Of a stretch of DNA of 64,000 nucleotides, positions 14,091-26,081 are shown piece after piece. Source of the stretch: Balanoglossus misakiensis (lineage: Eukaryota > Animalia > Hemichordata); the NCBI GenBank assembly GCA_040954595.2, contig CM082596.2:10622461-10686460 (forward strand), written 5' to 3'. A program made the position numbers and the translations under genes. The first letter of the stretch is position 1; the number at the start of each line of letters is the position of its first letter. The notes under the pieces were generated by a model. It was given only the letters and a program-made list of their open reading frames with translations. It made no database searches and was not told where the DNA came from.

Positions 14091-14520
14091 AACATCAACA
14101 TAACTTTAAAACATGGTGAATTTTACACGGTGTGTAGGTTATATTATTGACTGCTACAATATTTTCAGTGTTTTGGGTGTAAAATGAACCCAGGCGGCTG
14201 GCAGTTGAAACACTACTGAACAAACAGCTTCATGTCAATTGGGCCTTTCTCACGTGCCGTCAACGCCGCCCCAGCGGCGGCGCTAGGGCGGCGTTAATTT
14301 GTAAGTGACACGTGTGAAAAGGTGAGAGCGGCCCTGCGCCGCTCTTTTTTTGTGACGGCGTTGAGGGGTGGGACCTGGGTCGGGGCGCCGCACTAAACAG
14401 CGATTCAAATCACGTGTGAACAGAAACACCGCACTAAACGCCGATCTAAACGCCCTCTACCGACGCGGTTTGTCTTATTTAAGCGGTGCATTAAGCGTTG
14501 AGGTTCACTTTACTAAAGCC

Positions 14521-17134
14521 ATGGCCGAAGCAGTGTCTCGAGGCAACAATTGGAGTGACGCTGAAACCCGACTGATTTTATCCATCTGGAAAGATGAAGG
14601 GGTGCAGAGGATGTTGGATGGCACTTCAAGAGATTCGCGGGTATACGCGGTGATTGCATCTAAAGCGATTGCCAAAGGCCTTGACCGGACCGCAATACAG
14701 ATTCATAAAAAAATCAAACGTCTGCGGTCCCAGTTCAAGGCCGTTGTGGACAACAATAAACGGAGCGGCAGGGGCAGGAAGTCAATGCCATATTTCGATG
14801 AGTTGGCCGAAGTTATCGGTCACAGGCCCGGCGTGGATCCACAGCATGCTGCAGTAGAGGAGATCATCGAAAGCAGCGACGACGGTGACGGTGAAGAAAG
14901 CTTCAATTCGGACCATAGTGATCGTGGCGATAAAGGTACAGTGGTCGAACAGGACGCACGCGCTGGTGAGTTCAGGTTCAACATATTCATATTGTAGTAG
15001 TACATTTGTCAGAGCGTATTTCTCCGGTGAGCTGTATTTAGTAGTTACATGTACATCAAATGATAGTTGTTTCTCAAAAACATATGAGTAAGAGTTCAAA
15101 GAACCCTGACCAGAACACTGTTTGTTTATTTGATCGCTGCAATACAATACATGGACAGGGATCTCCCCAAGCTGAAAAAACTAGCGAACAAAGGCTGCCA
15201 ACAGGCACTATTGTGTTCTGAATCCAGTCTATTGTCTCATAAAAGAAGAAATTACAATAGTCACAATGCAGCCTGACCACAGCAGTCACATCATTACATG
15301 ATTGTGTACGTGTAGACATGGAAATCCTCAATTCCTCACTTCCTGAGTCCCCATCTTGATATTTTTTCTTGGTTAATTTAATTCAATTCAGTGTAGCCAT
15401 AAATTTATGGTGTGTACAAAACAATTTTTTTGACAATGGGTTTCTGTATTATTCCAGTTGTCCAGCATGCAGATCAGTGCGGTCCAGAAGACATGGAGAG
15501 AAGGGGAGATGTTGTACAAGGTAAATATGGTCATTTCGAAACACCAGAAAAAATAAAGTGTACCATCAATTTTACATCAGTTTCAATATACATGTAGGCC
15601 TGATATAACTACATCTTTGTGTATGTTGCTTGCCCAAATCACGGTCACCAGGTAATAGGCAGGTCAGTCACATTTTGAAAACTTTCTGTGGCCACACTTT
15701 TTGACAAACTTTGACTTGAGTTTAGCTTGTTTTGAAATTGTGACATTAAAAACAAGTAGAAAAGACACAGCTAATTTGACATGCTTCACTGTGTTTATGT
15801 GTATGATAATTTTATTCAATAAATTAATTATTAAATATACTGTTCTTTTTTCCTCAAGAAGACACACCAAGAGTACCACTTAAGAAACGCCCTCACAGCC
15901 TTACCTTTACACAGGATGACCAGAATTCAGATTCTGGCAGTACCAACAGTGGTAAGATAAATTGTCTTATTGTACTTGGATTTTTGGGACTGTGATTTTG
16001 ACTTTTATATCGCTGAAAACAACTGTTCAGTTTTCACCTTTGGCATATGTAATGTTTGAAGATTTTCATAAAAATAATGACTTCCACATTAACCCTATGT
16101 GAACCATAACAATGCAGCCTGAGCAAGTTTCCCCTTTGAGCAAAATTTCGCTCATAGACACAACTCCCTGTCATCTCCTTTACCACATATCCTTGTTTTA
16201 TCAAATAGCTTCCAGTGACACTCAGCAGAGAGCCGCAGAGACCAGGAAAACTAGAAGCAATGAAGTCAACTCTCCTGCAGTTGCCCAACGAAGAGGTGAG
16301 TTATCAGTATATTGACTCCTATAAAAAATCATATCATGCAAAAGCTGCAAACATGTTGTATTAATTCATATTTTGTAATAGTTTGAAGTCATTACCAACA
16401 CAAGACTCTTGCCAGGGAAATGAAATTATATATCCAGTTTTATGCAGCATAAACACAAATTAGCAAATTGAAAGTGTATGCTTTCCAGCATAAGCAGGGA
16501 AGTCCATAAATTAACCAGTAGTAAGTCAAACTTCTGTCTTAACCTCGTCGCAAGTATTGCTGTTTTTCTAAATTTTCAATTTTCTTTTTTTCTGTTCAAA
16601 TTCTATCAAAATGGGAATGAATTTTGTTTTATACTTGTTAAGAATTTCTTTTTCTTCTCACAAATAGAACGCAGAAAACGTCACAAAATAGACAATGAAG
16701 GCAAAGGAATGAAGAGTGTAAATTCCATGATCGAAAAGTACATTACGTTCGAGCAGGGGCGTGACAAGAAAAAAACGGAAATAGAAGAGGAGAGACATCG
16801 TCTCTATGGACAGCAATTGCATATACTGGCCGAGAGACAGCAATCCTTTGAACAGAAGCATCTGGAAAATGAAAGGAAGAGGCAGGAGCTCGAAGAAAGG
16901 CGAATGGCAATGGAAAGAGAACAGAGACAATTCGACAACCAAATAATGAACACCATGATGAACTTAATGGCCCAGCAAATGAGGCAGACACCACCAGCAC
17001 CAGCTCCTGTAGTAACACCAAATCCATGGCAGAAGCGATATGACATTGATCCTCAAAGGCCAAGACTTGGTAGTTCTCATTTTCCTGATGATGTGATATC
17101 TAGCGCCATTAATTCCACTTATGCTTCAATGTAG
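14521..17134 (+). CDS. Harbinger accessory Myb/SANT (trihelix-like) DNA-binding protein; predicted exons 14521-14965, 15458-15520, 15859-15951, 16209-16295, 16668-17134
   Basis: N-terminal motif WSDAETRLILSIW...RTAIQIHKKIKRLRSQF...MPYFDELAEVIGHRP. Four GT-AG phase-1 introns join into an open frame ending in an E/R/Q coiled coil. AATAAA at ~17553. Confidence 0.85.
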
Positions 17135-17652
17135 GTTTTACAATTGATACATCCTTGGCATTATTTTAAATTTTTCGTTTGATAATTTTTTTACTATTTT
17201 TTATGCTCACTAACATATGCTTTATTCCTAGGGGTAACCCAAGTTTATTTTCTGATTGCTTTTTTTCATATTTAGGGAGTTTTTTTGTTTGTAAATTTAT
17301 GTGTTTTGGGTAAGCATATCTTCTCTGAGTTTTAACTGGAATAGGGGCCCAAGCCCCAAAAAGCATTATGGCATTGGCATTTATCTTTATTTTTTTTTTT
17401 AAATTCTTCCAGACTTTTTTGGCAGTCAGTCATAATAGTTTGTTGTTATATTTACACCATTGCAGTATCATTTAAATAAGTCAACAATTCTGATGTTGTT
17501 TTTTTTTCATTTACCGTCCTATTTCAATGAAGATGTATTTTTCTAACAAATCAATAAATGTTGATTTTCATTTCATGAAAGATCTCCATCACTTGTGTTA
17601 ATATAAAAAACACTCCCACAAGAAAGAAAGTAGACTGATCTAGTAGACTAAC

Positions 17653-18053
17653 TACTACAATTTTATTAATCAACAACAAAAAAATGTACACTTGCACACT
17701 TTAAAAGACAAACATTTCCTCTGGACACCTATTGGTATCTATTCATGGTTATCACTACAATTGTATTAATCAACAACAAAAAAATGTACACTTGCACACT
17801 TTAAAAGACAAACATTTCCTCTGGACACCTATTGGTATCTATTCATGGTTATCACTACAATTGTATTAATCAACAACAAAAAAATGTACACTTGCACACT
17901 TCAAAAGACAAACATTTCCTCTGGACACCTATTGGTATCTATTCATGGTTATCACTACAATTGTATTAATCAACAACAAAAAAATGTACACTTGCACACT
18001 TTAAAAGACAAACATTTCCTCTGGACACCTATTGGTATCTATTCATGGTTATC
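17653..18053. repeat. Tandem repeat, ~100-bp unit x4, covering the transposase stop codon and 3' UTR
   Basis: actacaa...ctattcatggttatc recurs at ~17653, 17754, 17854 and 17954. Confidence 0.92.
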
Positions 18054-19073
18054 ACGAAAATACCGAGTAAGAGCTGCTCTGGTGTTGGCAGCATTAACAT
18101 CATCATTTACATTGTTTGCAACATGTGGTTCTTCTCCGTCGTCACGTAACCATTGCTCATAGAAAGCATTACCTTGTTGCTCACATATATTATGCAAAAT
18201 ACAACAAGTTTTGACTATTTTGGATATCGTATCCAACCGACAATCATTACGCTTGATAAGGCAACGCCATCTGCCTTTAAGGCGTCCGAAAGCATTTTCC
18301 ACAACCATACGAGCACTGCTTAAACGTCTATTAAAAAACAGTTCATCAGGAGTGAGTCTACCAGTGTCTGAATATGGCTTGATGATGTGTCTCTGAAGAG
18401 GATATGCTGGGTCAGCTAGCAGCATTAATGGAACATCTACCCCACTGATTGGCCTGGTTATGTCTGGCAGGAATCTATTTGCTGACAGCTTTGAACCAAT
18501 TTTGGAATTGATGTAAATACGCGCATCATGCATACTAAACAGTATAGAAAACATTTTCCAATTTCCGAAAAACCTCTTTTTTACATAATTACTGCTGAAA
18601 AAGTTAGAAATTTATGAAAATATTCCCCATTCTTTGCCAATTTCTAATGAAAAAATTACATAATGGTATTCTTAGTCTCTTTCCTGCAGCTGTACAGCAG
18701 GAAAAATGCATTTTGTCATATTTTGGCTTTAAACTAAAATTAAAATTTATCTGTGAAAAAACTGAGTCTCCTTCAAAGCCACGTACATGACAGTCCTTTT
18801 GATTTTTTTCTAATGAAATTTTGTCTCCATGTTTATCATGAGTAATATTTCTATTGAAAATTTGCAAGTGTGTGAATTGTTTGTAAAATTTCGCCAGAAA
18901 AAACAATAGCATCAAAAAGTAAATCTGAAACCCAATATTTATTACAAGAATTGTTAGATTAATATCCGTATCACACAAATCCGTTGGATTTTGTATGAAT
19001 TTTAGGAAATAAGCACTGCTCATTGACAAATCCATATTTTGCGGCTAAAATACTTGGAAAGAGTCAGTGGCAT

Positions 19074-19589
19074 GTGAGAGCTTGGAAATTACCAAGTACT
19101 GACAAGGGTCAGTGGTCGGAAATTTCCAGACACTCAGGGAATGTGAGAGTCTGGAAATTTCCAAGCACTGACAAGGGTCAGTGGTCGGAAATTTCCAGAC
19201 ACTCAGGGAATGTGAGAGCCTGGAAATTTCCAAGCACTGACAAGGGTCAGTGGTCGGAAATTTCCAGACACTCAGGGAATATGAGAGCCAGGAAATTTCC
19301 AAGCACTGACAAGGGTCAGTGGTCGAAAATTTCCAGACACTCAGGGAATGTGAGAGCTTAGAAATATCCAAGCACTGACAAGGGTCAGTGGTCGGAAATT
19401 TCCGGACACTCAGGGAATGTGAGAGCCTGGAAATTTCCAAGCACTGACAAGGGTCAGTGGTCGGAAATTTCCAGACACTCAGGGAATGTGAGAGCTTAGA
19501 AATTTCCAAGCACAGACAAGGGTCAGTGGTCGGAAATTTCCAGACACTCAGGGAATGTGAGAGCCTTGAACTTTCCAAGCACTGACAGG
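19074..19589 (+). repeat. 69-bp tandem array (~7.5 copies) inside the TIR element
   Basis: Unit gtgagagcctggaaatttccaagcactgacaagggtcagtggtcggaaatttccagacactcagggaat. It produces the 23-aa repeat pseudo-ORFs in the track. Confidence 0.95.
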
Positions 19590-19658
19590 GTCGTGGTAGT
19601 CCTCCGTACATGTCTGCGTTCTCCCGGCGTTTAATACACGGCTTCCACCACATCTCTG

Positions 19659-20047
19659 CAAGGCTCCATGGACAAAACTGATTCGTCTGAGATCCGGATC
19701 CGGACAGCAGCTTTTCGGCCGAGATTGGATTTTATCGGGGGGAATCTTTCCCCCGTCTACCCACAAATGACTCCAAATATGATGTAATTAACTTCCGAGC
19801 CACTCGCTTTCTGATTTTCTCTTGTGTTTACCTGTTGAGATCGCCATATTGAATACAGTGAGGTAATCTCAATGGGTAAACACAAAAGTTTCAGAAAGCG
19901 AGCGGTTCGGATGTTAGAAGAAGTCAATCGCAGTTATAACCGGTTAGTAGACAGGGAAAGGATATTCTCCCGATAAAATCGAATTTCGGCGAAAAGCTCT
20001 GGTACGGATCTGGACCGCAGACGCACCAGGTTTGTCTAAGGAGCCTT
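19659..20047. repeat. Imperfect ~390-bp palindrome (possible nested MITE) between the two 69-bp arrays
   Basis: Nested inverted matches aaggctcc/ggagcctt, attttatcggg/cccgataaaat, ctcgctttctga/tcagaaagcgag and gtgtttacc/ggtaaacac, centred near 19855. Confidence 0.75.
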
Positions 20048-20499
20048 AGCGTCACAATGTTCATGACAGGCTTCGCCTACCAACTCCTCTGAGTTAGCCC
20101 ATACACTAGTTGTTTATTGGGAATTGGTATTGTTTATCTGACACAATTGTTCTTTCTACTCTGTATACAAAGTCACAACTTCACAACTACCAAATGCTAT
20201 TGTTCTTGAATTATGCAGTGTTACCAAATGTCACAGTTCAAACCACTGTATATAAAGAAGTATTGGCCATCCCGCCCCTCTCTTTTCATTCCGAACCTAT
20301 TCCCAAGTGTACGCGGTACATTTGTTGGTGCCGAGACCAGGATGTCGGGCATGGAGAGAGAGAGAGAAGAACAGCAGAAGAGGCCACCGCAGTCAAACGA
20401 CCAAACTCATCCGTAGGGTTGAAGATATAAATACAGGCGAAGTTCCTCAACAGATCGTTTTCCTAAAGGCCATAATTTGAAACATGATAGAGAAACTCA

Positions 20500-20843
20500 A
20501 GATTTCCAAGCACTGACCCTGTCAATGCTTGGAAATTTCCAGGCTCTCACATTCCCCGAGTGACTGGATATTTCCGGCCACTAACCCTGTCAGTGCTTGG
20601 AAATTTCTAGGCTCTCACATTCCCTGAGTGTCTGGAAATTTCCGACCACTGACCCTTGTCAGTGCTTGGAAATTTCTAAGCTCTCACATTCCCTGAGTGT
20701 CTGGAAATTTCCGACCACTGACCCTTGTCAGTGCTTGGAAATTTCCAGGCTCTCACATTCCCTGAGTGTCTGGAAATTTCCGACCACTGACCCTTGTCAG
20801 TGCTTGGAAATTTCCAGGCTCTCACATTTCCAAGCACTGACCC
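20500..20843 (-). repeat. Same 69-bp array in inverted orientation (~5 copies)
   Basis: ctctcacattccctgagtgtctggaaatttccgaccactgacccttgtcagtgcttggaaatttcc repeats. Confidence 0.93.
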
Positions 20844-23818
20844 TTCTGGAGTGACTAGCAATGTTTTGCAAATTGTACTATTAATTGAATTCATAATTTA
20901 GTTATTAGTTTTTTTCAATGAAATATTCAAATCCATACAACCTAAAGATGGCTCCTTCATTATTTCTATGGAAATTTCACAGTTTATTCTTTTATTTCTG
21001 CACACTCGCAAACATCTTGAAAATAATCATAGAAAAATATCGAAATATATTGTACTGTGAACAAAACACTAATTTCCTTGAAAAAAGTTTAAAAAACGGC
21101 TACTTTTCGGAAATTGGAAAATGTTTTCTATACTGTTACTACCTGGCCAGCCAACAGAAATGTCTGTGAAACAGTACTTGTCATCTACTACAGCTTGTAG
21201 TACAACAGAGTGATACCCTTTTCGGTTGAAATAATCCTTGGCATACTTCTCTGGTTTAATGATTTGGATGTGAGACCCATCGATGGCACCAACAACTTGT
21301 GGGAAGCCCCAGCGGTTTTCAAATCCATCAATAGTTCTCTGGAAAATAAATATGTTTAAGTCATATTTAATTCAGACCAATCTGCAAACGTTCAAAGAAC
21401 CATTAAACATGCTAAAAACATAAGATTCTTGCAATGAATAAATATTACAACTCTATTTAAAATGTGTTTTCACAAATTTTAAAAACATAATCATGACATG
21501 TTATTCCGACTGGGCAATCATATTCCTTGTATGTTCACCAGCCAGTTCAAGTGAGAGCTAAAAAAAAATTATATTAATCACCAACAGATTACAGCAAAAT
21601 TTATACTCACTTGAAGGTCATCTCCTCTGGGAAATCTGATAGCTTCACGGGCAAATTCTTGATTAATGGCTTCACACGTTTCTCTGAAGATTGCACACAC
21701 AGTAGATATTGCCATTCCAAACAAATGTGAAATGGAGCGATATTCACAATTAGTACTTAATCGCCAAAGTGTAACAGCAACACGAACTTCAACAGTAAAG
21801 GCACGTCTCATTTCTGTGTCCATTCGGAAATTCTCCGTCGTAGGCGATTACACAGATACATAAAGGTATCTCTTCTCATTCTGTAGGAACATAAGTGAAA
21901 GCATAAGAATATTAAGTTTTGTAAGTATGGATGACCCATAGTTAAATATTGGTAGGGATCCTTCATCATGACCACCTTCTTTTTGTATGGGACAAAATAT
22001 ACATAAAAGATTAGAACTTGTTCAAGTTGTAATGAAACTCCACATACAATTTTCTCAAGAGGGTGAACAGAGGAACTGCACTGAAATTAAATTTCAAATT
22101 TGTACTATAACCAGATGCATAATGCATACACTTAATCCTTTCATGTAAAATGTGAACTTGACGATACTGATTGACTATCTAGAAACTCGACGAAGATTTT
22201 TACAGCGAAGCATTGAAAATGTTGAACCATAGCCAAACAATTACACGTACAGGAACAATTGTCCACCCACGCGACGCGATCGAGTACAACAATAGATGGC
22301 CACCGCCACCCGATTTTTAGCTTGTGGACATTTTAACAACAATAGAATACAACGTATAACATACCTTAAATTTTCCAACCAGTCTCTATCCTCCCAAGTT
22401 CTCATGACTATCGTTTCCCACCAATTGTTTCCTCGTTCTCTCATCCACAGAGTTCGATTTACAGGCATGGTCATCGTGGCGCGGAAATGGCCAAGGCACA
22501 TACACAGGAATTGCACACTCGAACTCCGACGCCGATTTTGTAGCATGGACTGCAGTCTTCCAATCGCAACCTCCAATGAAAGGTTGCCATAAACGGGTGC
22601 CAAGCCATTCAAATGCCCATGAAATCGGCGTCGACGACGTTTAAACAGCAAATTCAAGAGTAGCATATACATTAAACACATTACTGGATCAGCCATATTG
22701 TGACCTTTAAGCCACTCTGCTGTGGACGCGCGTAGAGGGCGATGAGGGCGTAGAGGGCGATGACCCCGTCCCTTTTATACACATGTGAATGCAAAACTAT
22801 TTGAGTCGCTGATAAGAAATGTTTACCAACTTTTATAATCCAAAAAAGGGCGCCCTAATCATTGCACGTGTGCAAGCGACTAATGTAATTCAGACATTAT
22901 CACTGATGAGGTGTGAACGAGCGAAGACATTCAGGAGACTCCTCTGTGCAAACACTGCCCTTGGCTACCAGCTGTGAAGTGATATAATATAATTGTACCA
23001 CATCAACTAGCAAGGACGTTTTTTGTGTTTTTTTTAGGTCCCATTTGTATAGGTATATACCAGTGGGACCTTATGGGATTGGTTGCGTCTGTATGTATGT
23101 ATGGACGGATAGATGGATGTATGTCTGTATGTCCGTCCACATCAAAAACTTGAAAACCGTTGCGCCAATAACCTCGATATTTGGTGTGTAGATGCATACC
23201 GGGACTTAGATGGGAGTTTGTTCAAACGAAGTTGTCATTGCCAAAAATATGCAAATTAGCTGGGAAAAACCGTAATTTGGTCAAAACTCAGAAACTCAAC
23301 AACTCCTGGTCATATTGATTTGAAAATTGGTATGAGAGTACCTTATATTACCCTCACACAGCTCTGTATGTTTTGAGCTGATAGTATGAATTTTCTATTT
23401 TTTGTGCATTTTTTGTCTTTTTCCACATTTTTGGTAAAAATCTACTTTTCTGGAATTGATCAGCCGACTTCTTTGAAATTTAGTATGGAGCTTCATATAG
23501 GTGATCTAACTATTCAAAGTTTTGTTTAAATTGCTGCAAAATTGTTATCTTATAATTTTGGAGAAATTTTTGCCTTTTTGATCAAAATTTCTTTTCATTA
23601 AAAATGCTTTTCAGATTGCTTTGAAATTTGGTAGGCATGTTCATAGTAGTACCCCAAGTAAGATTAGCATGTATGTTTTTCAAATCAAGTTAAAGAATTC
23701 AATAGTACAGTGAAACCTGTCTATTCAGGACACCTCTGGGACTGGAAAATGTGTCCGTAATAGACAGGTAATTTTCTATTCAAACTGTGACTTTTGTCTT
23801 GAAAAAATCTGTCCTTAA

Positions 23819-25114
23819 AGGCACGTAAGCTGTAACTTTTGGGATAATTTTCATAATTTTTGTTTCAAACTGCACTACCATTAGTCCATGCAGATGAAGG
23901 CAGTGAACTAAATACAAGCATTATAAACCCTAAATATGAGTGCATATGCGAGTTTTAACCAGATAAATAATAAAGCTTTGCCGCAAGCGATTATGGCGCA
24001 ACCGTGGGAAAATGCAAGAAACAATGAAAATGTTGCATTTCAGGTTATGAAACTTCATAAACTAACCATGATCTCATCCACTTGAGCTCATGGAATGTAC
24101 ACCACTGAGAAATCAGATTTTCATTTTTCATTGCAATATTGCACTTTTTTAAAATTGCAGGAATTTTCGTTTTTCTTTAATTTTTGGCCATTTTGTCATA
24201 ACTAAGTGTTGAGCTTGATATATTATCATGACATATCATTTAATAGACATAATTAAAAGCATATATGAGATTATTTAAGATGGGTCCCCCGTATCTTTTT
24301 GCTCGTTGCTATGGGCCTTTATAGGACACTACACTCAATTTTAATCGAAACCGTTATGAACGTCCGACAAGGGGCTTGTAACTAGCTAAAAATACACACG
24401 ATTGTGTGCACACCCCTTGTCCAAGTATGTTTATGGCAGCTACCGCCCGGCCATAGGCCGCCACGCTAATACGGCAAAGCAGCGGTCAGCGATAGCGTGT
24501 GCGTCCTGTAACCACAGTAACTGGATCGAACGCTAAAAATCCAATGTTTTGTACACAGAGATTTTGTACCGTTCACGAAAATCCCTAAGGCTTTTTTCAT
24601 AGGCCACGCATGCCAGTCAAATTTGACCTGTTTGTTGAGAACGCACTTCCGCACAGTGTGACGGATCGTTTTTTCGATTTTCGTCATGCTAAGAAGCGAT
24701 ACCGGTGGAAGAGTGCGTCCAAAAACACCCAAAATCGATGACTTTTTCAGGTGTGGTACGGGTATGCTGAAATCGTAGGATACAACGATAATATTCGAAA
24801 ACAAAATCCATCACGATCTTCCCTGGTTCTAGCAACTAATGAATACGTATCAAGTGTGTTTTTGAGGTCACGGAATAAAAAGCCTTAGGCTTTTGAAATT
24901 TGACCTAGCTAATTTGCATATCAATGGCGTCAGGGGGCGCGCGCTCACAATCGTGCAGATTTTCAACTAGTTACCAGCCCCTTGTTAGACTCTGACAACG
25001 GCTTAGTCCAAATCGGGGTGTAATGTCCTGCAAAGGCCCATAGCAACGGGCAAAAAGATCCGGGGGACCCATCTTAAAACTTTCATTTTTTATCCAGTTG
25101 CAGCTTACGTGCCT
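23819..25114. mobile_element. TTAA element family A, copy 2 (interrupted)
   Basis: Colinear with 5263-5766: TTAA|aggcacgtaagctg ... cagcttacgtgcct|TTTA. Confidence 0.85.
24279..25073. mobile_element. TTAA element family B (Kolobok-like), innermost insertion
   Basis: TTAA|gatgggtcccccg..cgttgctatgggcctt ... aaggcccatagcaacg..cgggggacccatc|TTAA. The empty site (gattatTTAAaact) is present in copy 1 of family A at ~5720-5733. Confidence 0.88.
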
Positions 25115-26081
25115 TTTATAGAGAGGTGTCCTGATTAGAGAGGTGTCCGTAATGACAGCTTTCACTATATATTTTTGGGGTGTTTTTTTGCCGTCAAACT
25201 CTTTCTCAGAACCCTCTACCTCCATTGCTTTGAAATTTGATTTGAAGGTTTCTGGGTGAGTTCTCATGATGATTTGCAAAACCTATGATGACAGTTTTAA
25301 TGTTTTGTGGGACACTGTCTTATTTTTTTTTTTTTTTTTTTTTTTGGGGGGAGGCATATTTTCCAATTTTACAAACATATCATAGGTAATTTGGAACTTC
25401 CATATTTTGTACAATATTTTGTCTTATACCACAAACAATTTTATCTCACGAAGAGCAATTGCCACTAAACCCCTACTGACATTTGTATCCACAGCAAATT
25501 CCTGCATGCTTACATAACTGGCCAAATGTTAATGAGACCAGCTGTTTTATTTGGTGTATGTACAGTACGCACATCATTGGTAGCTTATGGGTCAGTCAGT
25601 GTTAACCTGTTGATCTCTCGCTATGTGTGTGTACGTGTGTGTGTGTATCTGTCTGTCTGTATATGGCCATGTACTCAGGTGTAGACTTTTTCTTGTGTAA
25701 TCACTCAATGGGACCACCGTGTCCTTTACACGATTTTTACTTCTTTTTGTGCGTGTATCTTTAACAGCAACTCAAATGAGAATGTATTGTTATTTAAATT
25801 GACAAATCAGCCCATTATAGCTTGGTGTATTGCACTAGTCACTATGAAAAGTATTGCCTACCTATCTATCATGGCATAAATAGAGGTGAAATATATAATG
25901 GTATGATGCAGCCATCAAATCAGTTCTGATAGTGCCTGAAGTTATTGAATCAGTTTGAGTGATATGTCTGTTGTGTTCCTGTGCGCTCGGCCCATTTGTT
26001 CACATTTTTGCTTTCTCTGTTTTTGATATGTTTCACACTCACACTCACACTCACAGTCATCTTATATTTGTTTTTCTTCAA

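Larger units (their letters stand above)
18538..21137. mobile_element. Non-autonomous TIR element with 4-bp TSD (superfamily not assigned), inserted in the Harbinger transposase exon
   Basis: Perfect ~34-bp TIR aacagtatagaaaacattttccaatttccgaaaa. TSD ACTA at 18534-18537 and 21138-21141. Removing the element restores WPGSMHDAR. Confidence 0.92.
18039..22696 (-). pseudogene. Harbinger (HARBI1-like, DDE_Tnp_4) transposase, disrupted; exons 22696-22365, 21880-21611, 21338-21138 + 18533-18039
   Basis: The spliced product reads WLENLRMRRDTFMYLC...RVAVTLWRLSTNCEYRSISHLFG...GAIDGSHI...YFNRKGYHSVVLQAVVD...GWPGSMHDAR...LADPAYPL...SARMVVENAFGRLKGRWRCL...CCILHNIC. There is a 1-nt frameshift at ~21824 and a 2.6-kb insertion between GWPGS and MHDAR. 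Confidence 0.93.
14241..22880. mobile_element. PIF/Harbinger DNA transposon with two convergent genes; boundaries approximate
   Basis: The Myb/SANT gene (+) and DDE transposase (-) converge at ~17.6 kb. Imperfect TIRs gggcctttctcacgtgc / gcacgtgtgcaagcgac. Subterminal cgccctctac (14451) is mirrored by two gtagagggcg copies (~22732-22760). No clean TWA TSD on the left. Confidence 0.8.
23708..25167. mobile_element. Tc1/mariner(pogo)-like MITE, TA target, interrupted by TTAA elements
   Basis: TA|cagtgaaacctgtc ... gacagctttcacta|TA. The empty site gaattcaatagTAtattttt is visible in the paralogous repeat at ~49374-49393. Confidence 0.8.
23031..25430 (+). mobile_element. Dispersed repeat with 5' short inverted repeat and microsatellite (HINE/DINE-1-like architecture); host of three nested insertions; right end approximate
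   Basis: tttttaggtcccat...tgggacctt followed by (gtat/ggat)n. An uninterrupted homologue lies at 48872-49712 and a truncated inverted copy at ~37800-37926. The class is inferred from architecture only. Confidence 0.6.

Noticed and set aside
14368-14520. N-terminal extension of the Myb/SANT ORF
   Set aside because: It starts at GTG within subterminal repeats. The ATG at 14521 has a good Kozak context (gccATGG) directly before the domain.
19023-20894. 23-aa repeat proteins in the ORF track, or a CRISPR-like array
   Set aside because: These are translations of a 69-bp DNA repeat, open on both strands. The units are head-to-tail with no unique spacers, and there are no cas genes.
18534-21141. 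The TIR insertion as a self-removing intron (introner): on the coding strand it has GT at the first TSD and a pyrimidine tract plus AG at the second
   Set aside because: Both available GT/AG pairings delete 1 or 4 coding nucleotides, so splicing would not restore the frame.
18039-22696. Domesticated host HARBI1 gene
   Set aside because: It is paired with a Myb/SANT gene inside TIR-like ends and is disrupted, so it was treated as a transposon gene and given no symbol.
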